Assembly (NCBI GenBank): GCA_963830845.1
Contig: CAWHOR010000053.1
Coordinates: forward strand, 4,108 to 68,107
Reading direction: 5' to 3'
Origin: an uncultured Bacteroidota bacterium
GTDB lineage: Bacteria; Bacteroidota; Bacteroidia; Chitinophagales; Chitinophagaceae
DNA: 64,000 nucleotides
In this document: in pieces, positions 42,241-53,410 of the stretch
Numbering within the stretch: position 1 is the stretch's first letter
Layout: each line of letters opens with the position of its first letter
Made by a program: the position numbers and the translations under genes
Notes under the pieces: generated by a model
The model's database searches: none
Told to the model about the DNA's origin: nothing
What the model saw: only the letters and a program-made list of their open reading frames with translations

Positions 42241-42798
42241 TCAGGAAACCTTGATTGCTTTGTTTGTTTTATGCTGCTCCCATCTTCCCTTTTCTAACAA
42301 ATATTCGAAGTTCAATTTCTCCGGCTCGCCGTGATAAGCAACAGAAATTTCTTTTTGCTTTACTGCACCAATTCTTCCAATTGCAATTTGTGAGCGGAGA
42401 TTCGTGGCCCCTATATGGAAAAGAATTTTATCGACATACTGAAATGCATGATCGATCATTAATGCTTTCATTGCCGGGTTATACGCCTTGCCCCAAAAAT
42501 TCCGTGCAATAAATGTATAGCCGATAAGCAAAGAGTTTTCTGCTTCATTGAAATCATAAAAACGGGAGCTGCCGCCAACTTCACCGGTTAGTTTATCAAT
42601 AAGCAACAAAGCTCCTTTTGATTCCATCGCTCCTTCGAAATAAGTTTGAAATACTTCCCGTTTGTAACGGTCTTTGTTGGGATGCTGTTCCCATATCAAT
42701 GGATCGGAAGCCACGGCATATAATCGTTCAAAATCATCTTGCTGCAATGGTTGCAGGCGGATGAGTTCATTTTCCAATACCGGTTGTAAATTGATCAT
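42241..42798 (-). CDS. GNAT (RimJ/RimL-type) N-acetyltransferase
   Basis: ASDPLIWEQHP, IGYTFIARNFWGK, NLRSQIA. Confidence 0.88.
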   Translation of the reverse strand: MINLQPVLENELIRLQPLQQDDFERLYAVASDPLIWEQHPNKDRYKREVFQTYFEGAMESKGALLLIDKLTGEVGGSSRFYDFNEAENSLLIGYTFIARNFWGKAYNPAMKALMIDHAFQYVDKILFHIGATNLRSQIAIGRIGAVKQKEISVAYHGEPEKLNFEYLLEKGRWEQHKTNKAIKVS

Positions 42799-42830
42799 AT
42801 AAAAACTGCTTCGCTATTGTAGATAAAATA

Positions 42831-43898
42831 CTATTGCTGATTGCCGGCAAGCTCAATGGAAAGGGTTTCCATGAAACGTAATAAATGAAGATTGATACCT
42901 TGTTTTATTTCCTGAAAACGGGCAAAATCGATTGTCTGTGTAAAATAATCGATATGCAAAATGATCGACTTTGCACCGATATCATTTAATACAACTGTGT
43001 AACTTTCAATTTCTTCCTGCTGTTGTAATAACATATCCGCTTTGGCAATCAGTTCTTCGATCTGTTTTGAATTTGTGTGCACCTCTAACTCCAATCGTAT
43101 TTCCGCTTTGCGTTGTGTACGCAATGTGAGATTGTCAAGAATGGTATCAACCATTTTTTTATTGGGAACAGTTACAATTGTTTTTTGGTCAGTACGGATT
43201 CGGGTACTTCGCAAACCGATCTTTTCCACCGTTCCTGTAATGGCTTCTACTTTTACAAGATCGCCCAATGTAAAAGGTTTGTCGAAAAAGATAATAAATG
43301 AAGCGATCAGGTTTTCAAGGCTCTCTCTGGTAGCCAGTGCAATGGCTGCTGTAACAATACTGAGCCCCGTGATGAGATTGGAAATATTAAAATTGAAAAC
43401 AAATTTGGTAAACATCAACACCCCAATGATCAGTACCACTACTTTAAAAAAATCTCTGAAAAAAACAACCAACTGATCGTCGGCCTGATCAGCCGTATTC
43501 TTGGTTTTTCCTTCTAATATTAATGCCAAAAAATCAATGAACCTGCGCAGCAGCCGGATGAAGAAAATCACCAGCACAGCTTTTCCAACTGCTTCGATAA
43601 TTTCCCGGGATGTGATCTTATACAATTCAATATCAAGTACGGCAGGGAAGGTGAGTTTGTGTAACGAGAAAATAACAACTGCTGTAACAATAAACCATTC
43701 CATCGGAATCAATACGAGTGAAATGAATTGATCACGACTTACGTATTTTTTTGCTTTTGGAAAAAAACGGTACAAGACGCCACAAAAAAAACGGGATATA
43801 ACTCCCTTTAATAAAAACATGGACAGGATGATAACAGCTATCCATAAATAACTGATCAGCGGATTGTCGAATACTCGTGTTTGTAAAAACTCAGGCAT
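42831..43898 (-). CDS. MscS family mechanosensitive channel
   Basis: DKPFTLGDLV, GTVEKIGLRSTRIRT, VPNK. Confidence 0.92.
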   Translation of the reverse strand: MPEFLQTRVFDNPLISYLWIAVIILSMFLLKGVISRFFCGVLYRFFPKAKKYVSRDQFISLVLIPMEWFIVTAVVIFSLHKLTFPAVLDIELYKITSREIIEAVGKAVLVIFFIRLLRRFIDFLALILEGKTKNTADQADDQLVVFFRDFFKVVVLIIGVLMFTKFVFNFNISNLITGLSIVTAAIALATRESLENLIASFIIFFDKPFTLGDLVKVEAITGTVEKIGLRSTRIRTDQKTIVTVPNKKMVDTILDNLTLRTQRKAEIRLELEVHTNSKQIEELIAKADMLLQQQEEIESYTVVLNDIGAKSIILHIDYFTQTIDFARFQEIKQGINLHLLRFMETLSIELAGNQQ

Positions 43899-43931
43899 GT
43901 GCAAAAATAACGTCTTGCAACTTTATGTACA

Positions 43932-44732
43932 TCAAAAAGTAAAGTGCTGCACTACTCCGTTTTGAAGAATGTAAAAATGACCGGGCCTTATCAGTACTTT
44001 TTGCCGGTCAGCAAACATGGCAGGCAATGGCAGCTTACGTTCAGTGAGTGTACCCGTTGTGTAAGCAATCAACTGCTGATTGTCAATACCAACAATTGTT
44101 TTACCAAATATGCCAAGGTTGGTTAACCCAACGTAGGAGATTTTATTTTTAAACGAACCGTAAATATCAAATACATAAATACCTTTCTCCGGATCGTAGA
44201 GATATACAAAACCATCCTGATCAAAAATATGTGTGGGTGAAGGCACATCATCCAGGAACATACGGAACTCGACCGTTTCACTAATAACACTGCCATCATC
44301 AGCAATTTTTTTCAACTTGCTGCTTTGCTCATCATACACCCAAATATTGTTATCATAACTCTGTGCAATGGCTTTTACCTGAAAGATGTTTTGCTTGCGC
44401 AGATCAATGGTATTGATCATGTTCAGGAAACGATCCAATACTATAACGGTGGCAAAATTTTTATAATAGAGCAATACCTTTAATGGGTTACTGGCATCAA
44501 TGGAATGAAGTTTTCCGTAACGCCGCACATCGTTGAACACACCCATCGAGTCGCCATTGCCATTCAGTTTCTTCAATTGATTGTTTTTGGAAAGCAGATA
44601 ATAGTTCCCCAGGTTGTCGATTGTAAAATCAATATAATCACCTTCAATACTTTTTACGGGAGTAAACACAGCTTCCTGCGCATTGCTTTGCAATGCAATT
44701 ACGAAACATAGTATGGGTAAAAAAATTTTCAT
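43932..44732 (-). CDS. Secreted beta-propeller-like hypothetical protein
   Basis: Signal peptide; IDNLGNYY, IDASNPLKVLLYY, DNNIWVYD. Confidence 0.7.
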   Translation of the reverse strand: MKIFLPILCFVIALQSNAQEAVFTPVKSIEGDYIDFTIDNLGNYYLLSKNNQLKKLNGNGDSMGVFNDVRRYGKLHSIDASNPLKVLLYYKNFATVIVLDRFLNMINTIDLRKQNIFQVKAIAQSYDNNIWVYDEQSSKLKKIADDGSVISETVEFRMFLDDVPSPTHIFDQDGFVYLYDPEKGIYVFDIYGSFKNKISYVGLTNLGIFGKTIVGIDNQQLIAYTTGTLTERKLPLPAMFADRQKVLIRPGHFYILQNGVVQHFTF

Positions 44733-45487
44733 TTTTTATAATATTCCAGTGTTAGCTGCTCCCCATCAAACGCTGCATAACTGAAATAACGTATCCAATC
44801 GCCGAGGTTGACATAACGGCTTGTATCAGACAGACGAAAATCAATGGGCAAATGTCTATGTCCAAACACAAAAAAGTCAACTTTCTTTTGCTGCAACACT
44901 TCTTTGCAATAAATGATCAGCCATTCCTTGTCTTCGCCCAAAAAGGTTTCCTCTACAGTGCCTGTTTGTGCACGGCTTCTCCGGCTGAGATAATTGGCTA
45001 AGCCAACTCCAACGTAGGGAGGCAATATTCCAAATAACCATTGGCAAACCGGATTTCGAAATACCTTCTTCAGGAATTTATAACCATGATCGCCCGGGCC
45101 TAATCCATCTCCATGACCTACCAAAAACTTCGCTTGATTGAATTCAAACTCCTTTGGCTCATAATATACCGGGATGTTCAGTTCTTTCTGCAAATAATCC
45201 TTCATCCACATGTCATGATTGCCTACAAAAAAATGAATGGGAATTCCTGCATCTGTCAACTCCGCCAGCTTACCCAACAAACGCACATAACCCTTGGGCA
45301 CCACTGTGCGATATTCGTACCAGAAATCAAACATATCCCCCACAATAAAAATGACCGCAGCATTATGTTTGATCTCATCCAGAAACTGAACGATCTTTTT
45401 TTCACGAACAAGGCTTTGTTCATAATCGGGTGCCCCCAAATGAAAATCGGAAAGAAAGTATATTTTTTTACCGGCAGGAAGTTGCAT
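44729..45487 (-). CDS. lpxH: UDP-2,3-diacylglucosamine diphosphatase
   Basis: SDFHLG, GDMFDFW, GNHD, HGDG, GHRH, NLGDW. Confidence 0.9.
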   Translation of the reverse strand: MQLPAGKKIYFLSDFHLGAPDYEQSLVREKKIVQFLDEIKHNAAVIFIVGDMFDFWYEYRTVVPKGYVRLLGKLAELTDAGIPIHFFVGNHDMWMKDYLQKELNIPVYYEPKEFEFNQAKFLVGHGDGLGPGDHGYKFLKKVFRNPVCQWLFGILPPYVGVGLANYLSRRSRAQTGTVEETFLGEDKEWLIIYCKEVLQQKKVDFFVFGHRHLPIDFRLSDTSRYVNLGDWIRYFSYAAFDGEQLTLEYYKK

Positions 45488-45519
45488 CAAACAAATATAA
45501 AGAAGCTGCGGAACACCAT

Positions 45520-45948
45520 TTAGGATTTTGCTTTTTGCCGAATATACTCCAGCACATCACCACTTTCAATAACAGGCTTGTCTGTCACATCGCATTTGTA
45601 CCAATAGATCCATGCGGGGAACTCACCTTCATTGGTATAAACTGTAGTAACGGCACGTTCGTACAATTGCACTTCGCCTTCTTCGGGATGTACCCCTTCA
45701 TAATCATCTAACTGACTGATGGCCCAATTGAATTCATCAGGAGAATTTGCCTGGTAAAGTTCACCAATAATAAAAGAATCATCAGTGGCTGGCAAAGCAG
45801 CAGGATAATCTCCTAAATCGTACAATTTGCCTTTCACTTTCCCATCGGCAAGATGTTTAAAATAAGGAGTGATGTATTGAAATGCAGGGCCATGAAAACC
45901 GCTGCGCAAGCTTCCGTAAACAAATAATAATTGTATGGCGTCGTTCAT
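45520..45948 (-). CDS. Gamma-glutamylcyclotransferase family protein
   Basis: LFVYGSLR, LYDLGDYPA, LDDYEG. Confidence 0.9.
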   Translation of the reverse strand: MNDAIQLLFVYGSLRSGFHGPAFQYITPYFKHLADGKVKGKLYDLGDYPAALPATDDSFIIGELYQANSPDEFNWAISQLDDYEGVHPEEGEVQLYERAVTTVYTNEGEFPAWIYWYKCDVTDKPVIESGDVLEYIRQKAKS

Positions 45949-46131
45949 GCCTTAAAGATACAAGATGCAAGGCACAAGGTGCAAGAAATGAAAAGCCAAA
46001 TTCTAAAAGAAAACGTAGGAAAAGGTACAAGATTTAAGAAAATATAGAAGGCACAAGTTGCAAAGCTTTAGATGAAAGATGGAAGCAATGAAACCCAAAT
46101 TCCAAAAACCCAATTACCAATTCCACCAACT

Positions 46132-46764
46132 CTACCTTTCAATCAAAAACACAAAAACTTCTTTGGGGCCATGTACACCCACTACTAATGTTTTTTCGAT
46201 ATCGGCTGTCCGGCTGGGGCCCGTAGCAAAGCTGATAAAAGACGGAAGTTTGCCGTTGTATTTTTCCTTCACGAACTGTAATGCATCTTTTAAATCGTAG
46301 ACCAACTGATTGCTGTATGCAACACAAACATGCACGGGAGCATACACACTCGTGGTTCGGCCACTTTCATTTGCAGTACTCAATACAATTGTGCCAGTAC
46401 GGCTTACCAGCAGCTCGCAACCGGTAACACTTACATCGCAATCAGCAAGTTCCTGATGAAATGAAACAGGAAATTTTTGCTGCAAAAGTTTTTGCAATGG
46501 CTTTTCACGACATACTACTTTATCCCATTTACGGGCGGCGGCTAATTGCAATAATTGCTCTGCCATGTCCTGCTCATCAGCACAAAACACAAACTTGCCT
46601 TGTAAGCTGGTAAACTGTTGTGCAAACTGTACCGCCATATCATCAACAGGAGGTTGAAATACACTGTTGTTTCCTTCACTCAGAGGAAAAGGAACAGGCA
46701 TCGGATGACTCAGTGCCTGTCTTATTTTTTTAAGAATATTTTCTTTTGCCGGAGAAACGCTCAT
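46132..46764 (-). CDS. LUD domain (LutC/YkgG) protein
   Basis: TGPSRTADIEKTLVVGVHGP. Confidence 0.92.
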   Translation of the reverse strand: MSVSPAKENILKKIRQALSHPMPVPFPLSEGNNSVFQPPVDDMAVQFAQQFTSLQGKFVFCADEQDMAEQLLQLAAARKWDKVVCREKPLQKLLQQKFPVSFHQELADCDVSVTGCELLVSRTGTIVLSTANESGRTTSVYAPVHVCVAYSNQLVYDLKDALQFVKEKYNGKLPSFISFATGPSRTADIEKTLVVGVHGPKEVFVFLIER

Positions 46765-46766
46765 AA

Positions 46767-48813
46767 TTACGACAATGGTGGTTGAGTCAATTCACGGCCT
46801 TCTTTGTCAACATTGGCTGCGTGCATTACCGGTACATTATCTTCATCTAACAATTTCTTATGTTCAAACGGACGTTTACCGATCAAGGCTTCCACATCGC
46901 TCTGGAACAACACTTCTTTTTCCAATAAAGCTTTGGCCAGTTTTTCTACATCGCCTTTCTTTTCAGTAAGCAACTCTTTGGTGCGCAGATATGCAGATTC
47001 GATGAGCAAACGCACTTCGTTATCGATCATCTCTGCTGTTTTTTCACTGTATGGTTTGGTGAATGTTTGTTCCTGATTCGGATCATAATAACTGATGTTA
47101 CCCAGCTTGTCATTCATACCATACACCGTGATCATTGAATAGGCAATGCGTGTGATCTGTTGCAGATCATTACTTGCACCGGTTGAAATTTTACCAAAGA
47201 AAATATCTTCACTTGCACGACCGCCAAGTGTCATACATATCTGATCATTCAGTTGCTCAATATTATAGAGATACTGTTCTTTTGGCGTGTATTGCGCATA
47301 ACCCAATGCAGCCGTTCCTCTTGGAACGATGGTTACTTTTAATAACGGATACGCATGCTCTAAGTACCAGCCGCAAATTGCATGGCCTGCTTCGTGGTAA
47401 GCAATGATCTCTTTTTCTTCGGGGCTGATGAGTTTGTTCTTCTTTCTCCAAACCACCAATTACACGATCAATTGCATCCTGAAAATCGCTCATATCTACA
47501 GCAGGTTTTCCTTTTCTTGCTGCGATCAAGGCTGCTTCGTTACAAACATTGGCAATATCAGCTCCTGCAAAACCCGGTGTTTGTTCAGCCAGTTTATGAA
47601 TATCGAGTGATTCAGAAATTTTAATGGGTTTCAGATGCACCTTGAAGATCTGCTCACGACCTTTTACATCGGGACGATCAATCGAAATTTGTCTATCGAA
47701 ACGACCGGGACGCAACAACGCCGGATCTAATACATCGGGACGGTTAGTAGCCGCAAGAATGATGATACCGGTGTCGCCACCAAATCCATCCATTTCCACC
47801 AACAATTGGTTCAATGTGTTTTCACGTTCATCATTACTTACAATAGCGTTTCGTCCACGGGCACGACCAATTGCATCGATCTCATCAATAAAGATGATAC
47901 AAGGTGCTTTTTCTCTTGCTTGTTTGAACAAATCACGTACACGGCTGGCACCCACACCTACAAACATTTCCACGAAATCGGAACCACTGATGCTGAAGAA
48001 AGGCACTTGTGCTTCACCCGCCATTGCTTTTGCCAGCAAGGTTTTACCGGTACCCGGAGGGCCTACCAGCAATGCACCTTTTGGAATTTTACCGCCGAGT
48101 GCTGTATATTTTTTGGGATTCTTTAAAAAGTCAACGATCTCCATTACTTCCACTTTCGCTTCGTCTAATCCTGCCACATCCTGGAAGGTTACATTTACTC
48201 TTGTTCCTTTTTCAAACAACTGCGCTTTTGATTTTCCAATGTTGAAGATGCCTCCACCTCCCGGTCCACCAGCACCACCACCACTGTTCATCTTACGCAT
48301 TAGCAACACCCACAATCCAATCAATACCAAAATGGGAAGTAATAAACTGATGAGTGGACTCAACCAGTTCTCTTCTTCTTTATAATCGATAGTCGGCTTT
48401 CCTGTAACTGCTGCGTTCTCATCAATAATTTTATTAATTCGTTCAGAAAACGATTTGCTGTCAGCAATATTGAAGGACAAATGAGGACCTTTTTCTTTAT
48501 CTAGATTAGCTTTTTTCGAAAACTTTTTTGCAATTGCAGGATCATTAAATGCTTCGGGCTTCAAAGTTACTCGCACTTCACCTTTGTTACGAATAACTTT
48601 CAGTTCTTTCACATAGCCTTTCATCAACATGCTGTCTTCAAACACTACTTGTGATGTTGGTAAAGCATCTGGCGCAATGCCACGAAACAGATTAAAGCCG
48701 ATCAATACAGCGGCTATTAATGCGTAAAGCCAGTAAATATTAAATTTAAACGGTTTGCGGGTGTCTTTCTTTTCGCCGCTATTCTCTGGATTATTTCCTT
48801 GATTCAAACTCAT
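46767..48813 (-). CDS. ftsH: ATP-dependent zinc metalloprotease FtsH (frameshift near 47445)
   Basis: [24 protein letters not shown] in ORF 47263-48813; HEAGH and GASND in ORF 46767-47459. Confidence 0.94.
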
Positions 48814-48922
48814 CTTTTTGTTTTTTTCCCTTTTCTACGGGATTTCTGATAGTATTACAATTATGTGGCTAAAAGTTTCAGGCGGTACTTGTTAAATTTT
48901 TTCCTGGCTTTCATCCGTTCAT

Positions 48923-49330
48923 TTATTCATGATCTGCGCTATTGGCATCGCTCCACATTTCTTCCAGGCGATAAAACTTACGTGTTTCGGGTTGAAAAAT
49001 ATGTACCACTACGTTTACATAATCAACCAATACCCACTGCAGCGCATTCTTTCCTTCGTGTCTGTAGGGACTCTCATCACATTCTTCCTTCACCAGGTAT
49101 TCTACATGATCGGCAATGGCCTTTACCTGTGTGGTACTGGTTGCTTCGCAGATGATGAAAAAGTCGGAAACAGCTTCGGGGATCTTCCGTAAATCAAGAC
49201 TTACGATATGTTCACCTTTTTTTTCCTGAATCGCACGCAGGATTGTTTTGAATAATTTACTGTTTCTGTTGATGCGGGAACTGGCCTTTGAATCTTTACT
49301 TCGGCTATTTAAGAGAGATAGTGTACTCAA
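48923..49330 (-). CDS. rsfS: Ribosome silencing factor
   Basis: QEKKG, DFFIIC, WVLVDYVNVVVHIF, FYRLEEMW. Confidence 0.93.
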   Translation of the reverse strand: MSTLSLLNSRSKDSKASSRINRNSKLFKTILRAIQEKKGEHIVSLDLRKIPEAVSDFFIICEATSTTQVKAIADHVEYLVKEECDESPYRHEGKNALQWVLVDYVNVVVHIFQPETRKFYRLEEMWSDANSADHE

Positions 49331-49430
49331 TCGCTTGGTGGTTTAATGAATAAATCTGTTTTTTGCTAGAACGTTCGGTCGTAGCTTTTTACTTTTTATT
49401 TTGTCCAAAATTATACAATCTTGCGCAACC

Positions 49431-50174
49431 ATGCCTCTTAAAAAATCAGATACCTCCTGGATTGAGCTGGACATTGTGGACAGCACCAACAACTATGCCA
49501 TGGGGTTGGTTCATGCAGGAGTGGCACAGCACGGTACGGTTGTGTTTGCCCACCATCAAAACAAGGGGAAAGGACAACGGGGAAAAAGCTGGGAAACTGA
49601 ACCTGGCGCCAACCTTAGTTTTTCCATTATTCTGAAGCCCCAGTTCCTGTTACCAACACAGATGTTTCAGTTACTGGCGGTTACCGCTGTTTCTGTAAGG
49701 CAGGTGTTAGAGAACTCTATTGGTGATGAAGCGAAAATCAAATGGCCCAATGATCTTTATTGGCGTGACAGAAAGACAGGGGGGATCTTGATCGAAAATG
49801 TGCTGCGGGGTACACAATGGCAATGGGCTGTAGTTGGTGTTGGTATTAATGTAAACCAAACAACATTCGGGCAGCTGCACAACCCCGTTTCCATAAAACA
49901 GATCACAGGCAAAGAAACGCCGGTAAAAGAATTGGCCCAAGCCATCCATGCCAACCTGCTGCATTCCGTTGCAAAACTTGAAAAGGAAGGATTTGAACCA
50001 TTTTTTCATCAATATAACCGGCACCTTTATAAACAAGGTGAACAGGTGGAGTTAAAGAAAGGGAACCGAAGTTTTATCACGACAATCAAGGGGGTAAACA
50101 AACAAGGTCAGTTACAAACAGGCATTGAAACAGAAGAAAATTTTGATTTTGGAGAAGTGGAATGGGTATTATGA
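49431..50174 (+). CDS. Biotin--[acetyl-CoA-carboxylase] ligase (no HTH)
   Basis: DSTNNYA, GKGQRGKSW, IKWPND, KTGGILIE, GVGINV. Confidence 0.92.
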   Translation: MPLKKSDTSWIELDIVDSTNNYAMGLVHAGVAQHGTVVFAHHQNKGKGQRGKSWETEPGANLSFSIILKPQFLLPTQMFQLLAVTAVSVRQVLENSIGDEAKIKWPNDLYWRDRKTGGILIENVLRGTQWQWAVVGVGINVNQTTFGQLHNPVSIKQITGKETPVKELAQAIHANLLHSVAKLEKEGFEPFFHQYNRHLYKQGEQVELKKGNRSFITTIKGVNKQGQLQTGIETEENFDFGEVEWVL

Positions 50175-50257
50175 TATTTCCTGTTTTTTAACCATCTTCT
50201 CTCGTTTGAAACAGCAGCAGGGCCTTACCTTTGCGGCACGTAAAAAAACTTAAACAT

Positions 50258-51709
50258 ATGAAAATTGCTGTAGCAAAAGGCGATGGAATAGGTCCTGAAA
50301 TTATGGAAGCCGTATTGTCGATTTTCGACGCTAACAAAGTACCGCTGGAATATGAAACGGTAGATATGGGCAAGTGGGTGTTCGACAAAGGTTTCAACAA
50401 CGGCATGACGCCTGAAGCTAAACAAACCATTGAAGCGTTGGGTCTTCTTTTCAAAGGACCAATGGAAACACCAAAAGGCAAGGGTGTAAAAAGCATCAAC
50501 GTTACAGCACGTAAAACCTGGAATACTTACGCCAACAAACGTGATTTCCAAACCCTGCACGGTGTTGATACCGTTTTCAGCAAGGCGGGCATCCCCATTG
50601 ATATTACTGTTGTTCGTGAAAATATTGAAGATACCTATGGCGGTATTGAACATATGTTAACGCATGATGTGGCATTGAGCCGTCGCTTTATTACCCGCCC
50701 CGGTAGTATGCAGGTGATCCGTTATGCGTTTGAAATGGCAAGGCAGAAAAATGCAAAACGCATTACCTGTGGTCATAAAGCAAACATCATGAAGATCACC
50801 GATGGTTTGTTCCTGGAGTGTTTTCATGAAGTGGCAAAAGAATATCCGGAATTGAAAGCCGATGATATTATTGTAGATGATTTGTGTATGAAGTTGGTTA
50901 CACGTCCCGATCTGTTTGATGTGGTTGTATTAACCAATCTGCAAGGTGATATTGTGAGTGATCTTTGTGCCGGCTTGGTTGGCGGATTAGGTTTTGCTCC
51001 GACTGCAAATATTGGTGATCATATTTCCATTTTTGAAGCAGTACATGGCACAGCACCGGATATTGCCGGAAAAAATATTGCCAACCCAACAGCTTTGTTA
51101 TTAAGTGGATTAGCGATGCTTCGTCATCTTGGATTAACAGAAAATGCAGGGTTGATTGAAAACGCATTATTGTACACATTGGAAAACGGAATTCATACCG
51201 GTGATTTTGGCGACAAGTCAATTCCCGCTGTAAATACAACGCAGTTTGCTGAAGCCATCATCAACAATTTTGGCAAGAAACCGCAAAGTGGTGGAAGAGA
51301 GATTGTTCCCAACAAACCGGGCACTCCTACTCCGTTGAAACTGGAATACAATTCGATGATGGTGTCAAAAGAAGGCGATGCAGAAACAATTGTTGGTGTT
51401 GACCTGTTTATTGAAAGCGATGAACAACCCACTGCCATTGCTGAAAAATGTCAGCGTCATGCAGGTGTTAAGTTTAAGTTAGTAAGCATCAGTAACCGTG
51501 GGACACAAGTATGGCCAACAGGTTCGGTTTATACCAACCTCGTGAATCAATACAATGTACGTTTTGAAAGCATTGAAGATTATCCGCTGAATCAACAAGA
51601 CGTTATTGGATTGTATGTAAGCATGAGTGGTAATTTCAAGATCTGTTCATTTGAACTACTGAATATGTGGGGCGATAAGAAAGCGTATAGTTTGGCGCAG
51701 GGGCAGTAA
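50258..51709 (+). CDS. icd: NADP-dependent isocitrate dehydrogenase with C-terminal extension
   Basis: GDGIGPEI, KSINVT, VRENIED, NLQGDIVSD, FEAVHGTAPDIAG, ends YSLAQGQ. Confidence 0.88.
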   Translation: MKIAVAKGDGIGPEIMEAVLSIFDANKVPLEYETVDMGKWVFDKGFNNGMTPEAKQTIEALGLLFKGPMETPKGKGVKSINVTARKTWNTYANKRDFQTLHGVDTVFSKAGIPIDITVVRENIEDTYGGIEHMLTHDVALSRRFITRPGSMQVIRYAFEMARQKNAKRITCGHKANIMKITDGLFLECFHEVAKEYPELKADDIIVDDLCMKLVTRPDLFDVVVLTNLQGDIVSDLCAGLVGGLGFAPTANIGDHISIFEAVHGTAPDIAGKNIANPTALLLSGLAMLRHLGLTENAGLIENALLYTLENGIHTGDFGDKSIPAVNTTQFAEAIINNFGKKPQSGGREIVPNKPGTPTPLKLEYNSMMVSKEGDAETIVGVDLFIESDEQPTAIAEKCQRHAGVKFKLVSISNRGTQVWPTGSVYTNLVNQYNVRFESIEDYPLNQQDVIGLYVSMSGNFKICSFELLNMWGDKKAYSLAQGQ

Positions 51710-51728
51710 GCAATAAATTTTTCTACTT

Positions 51729-51760
51729 AAAAAAGAGTGTCATGTTTGACACTCTTTTTT
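51729..51760. terminator. Bidirectional terminator
   Basis: AAAAAAGAGTGTCA-TGTT-TGACACTCTTTTTT. Confidence 0.85.
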
Positions 51761-51763
51761 AAT

Positions 51764-52147
51764 TTAATTATTTACAGCCCCTGCATCGATCCAGCAAATG
51801 ATCGAGTTTTTTTGTGCTGTTGTTAATGTGCCTGTTTTCGGCATTGAGCCACTCAATACAGCTGCACGGATCTGTGCTTTGGCTGCATTGATCTCTGCAT
51901 AACTGGTTAACGGGCCGGGACCATTTGCAGAACCGGAATTATGACAACCGCTTACGGCGCAAGTGGATTGAAAAATCGGCGACACATTTGCAGAAAACTG
52001 AATAGCGGCACCTGAACAATTAGGCGTATAAATAGCACCACCGCCACCGCCGTTATTACCACCACCCGTTGACCCCCCATCAGATTTCTTACAGGAATAG
52101 ATAAAGCATACTGTTAACAGCATTGAACATGAAATAAGCCATTTCAT
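51764..52147 (-). CDS. Small lipoprotein, cytochrome c-like (CX4CH)
   Basis: Lipobox IYSC, Gly linker, CAVSGCH, MP axial Met, CWIDAGA. Confidence 0.75.
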   Translation of the reverse strand: MKWLISCSMLLTVCFIYSCKKSDGGSTGGGNNGGGGGAIYTPNCSGAAIQFSANVSPIFQSTCAVSGCHNSGSANGPGPLTSYAEINAAKAQIRAAVLSGSMPKTGTLTTAQKNSIICWIDAGAVNN

Positions 52148-52318
52148 AAAAAAAATTTAAACGTTATGACACCTATCATTCAATTAACGGAAAATTGAGT
52201 TAACAGGTTGCCTGTGCCATAATTTTAAAGTTTGCTGTCGTGAATAATTGATATGGACAATTTTTGACTATGTTGCGGAACGTACACAGCTCATTCGCTT
52301 TTATACAATCCCAACTGT

Positions 52319-53401
52319 ATGAACAATCAAAAAGTAATTTATGAACCCGTACAGAGCAAGCAACATTTTTTGATCCTCGACGGATTAAGAGGAGTTGCTG
52401 CATTTGCGGTTGTGGTATTCCATTTTATGGAATGGATCATTACCGACTTCAGCAAAAACTTTATTGCACATGGTTTTCTTGCTGTTGATTTCTTTTTCTG
52501 TTTATCAGGATTTGTGATCGCTTATGCATATGATAACCGCATGGAAACATTAGGGATCAAAACGTTTTTCAAACTCCGGCTGATCCGTTTACATCCATTG
52601 GTGTTGCTTGGTTCTGTGTTAGGGTTACTTGGATTTTTTCTTGACCCTTTTTCGAATGAAGCAGCACAATACAGCAGTGGAATGATCGCATTATTGTTTC
52701 TCAGTTCCGTATTCCTCATTCCTCTTCCCCTAATGGCTGATCGTTCTTTTAATTTGTTTGGCCTTAATGCACCTGCATGGTCGTTGTTCTGGGAATACAT
52801 TGCTAATATTCTTTATGCACTCATTTTACGCAAATTGAGCCGAACAGTTTTGTTACTGTTAGCACTACTTGCAGCAACAGGCATTTGTATCATTGCCTAT
52901 CGTACAGGAAATCTGTTGGGAGGCTGGAGTAAAGATAATTTTTGGGATGGCGGCGTACGTGTTGCTTATTCATTTTTAGCAGGCATGCTCGTTTACCGTT
53001 CAAAATGGATCATCAAAAACAAACTGGGCTTTACAGGACTAACGCTACTATTATTACTTGCTTTCCTGATGCCGTTTGGAAAATGGAACTGGCTTACAGA
53101 ATCATTTGCAGTGCTCTTTTATTTCCCCTTGATCGTTTCGTTGGGTGCAGGTACACAGCTGTCGGAGAAAGTAAAGAAAGTATGTATGTTTTCAGGTTCT
53201 GTTTCTTATCCATTGTACATGACGCATTATGCCTTCATCTGGATATTCGGCCATTATTATCTTGCGCAAGAGCCTGGAACAAGTGAATTGACAATTGTGA
53301 TCTCATGCGGCACAATATTACTGGTTGCCTTCAGTTACCTCGTAATGAAGTTTTACGACATACCGGTAAGAAAGTATTTGCAAAGACGCTGGAACAAATG
53401 A
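52319..53401 (+). CDS. Acyltransferase family 3 (OafA-like)
   Basis: LDGLRGVAA, AVDFFFCLSGFVI, RLIRLHP, WSLFWEY, SYPLYMTH. Confidence 0.92.
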   Translation: MNNQKVIYEPVQSKQHFLILDGLRGVAAFAVVVFHFMEWIITDFSKNFIAHGFLAVDFFFCLSGFVIAYAYDNRMETLGIKTFFKLRLIRLHPLVLLGSVLGLLGFFLDPFSNEAAQYSSGMIALLFLSSVFLIPLPLMADRSFNLFGLNAPAWSLFWEYIANILYALILRKLSRTVLLLLALLAATGICIIAYRTGNLLGGWSKDNFWDGGVRVAYSFLAGMLVYRSKWIIKNKLGFTGLTLLLLLAFLMPFGKWNWLTESFAVLFYFPLIVSLGAGTQLSEKVKKVCMFSGSVSYPLYMTHYAFIWIFGHYYLAQEPGTSELTIVISCGTILLVAFSYLVMKFYDIPVRKYLQRRWNK

Positions 53402-53410
53402 TCCTGTGTA

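Noticed and set aside
47624-48385. 253-aa plus-strand ORF and similar antisense ORFs (10460-10930, 43042-43476, 58910-59356)
   Set aside because: Shadow frames opposite well-conserved genes, with no recognisable motifs.
46767-48813. Programmed frameshifting or pseudogenisation of ftsH (also gatB, carB)
   Set aside because: No slippery-site/stimulator pattern, the genes are essential, and the same one-base insertion pattern recurs window-wide.
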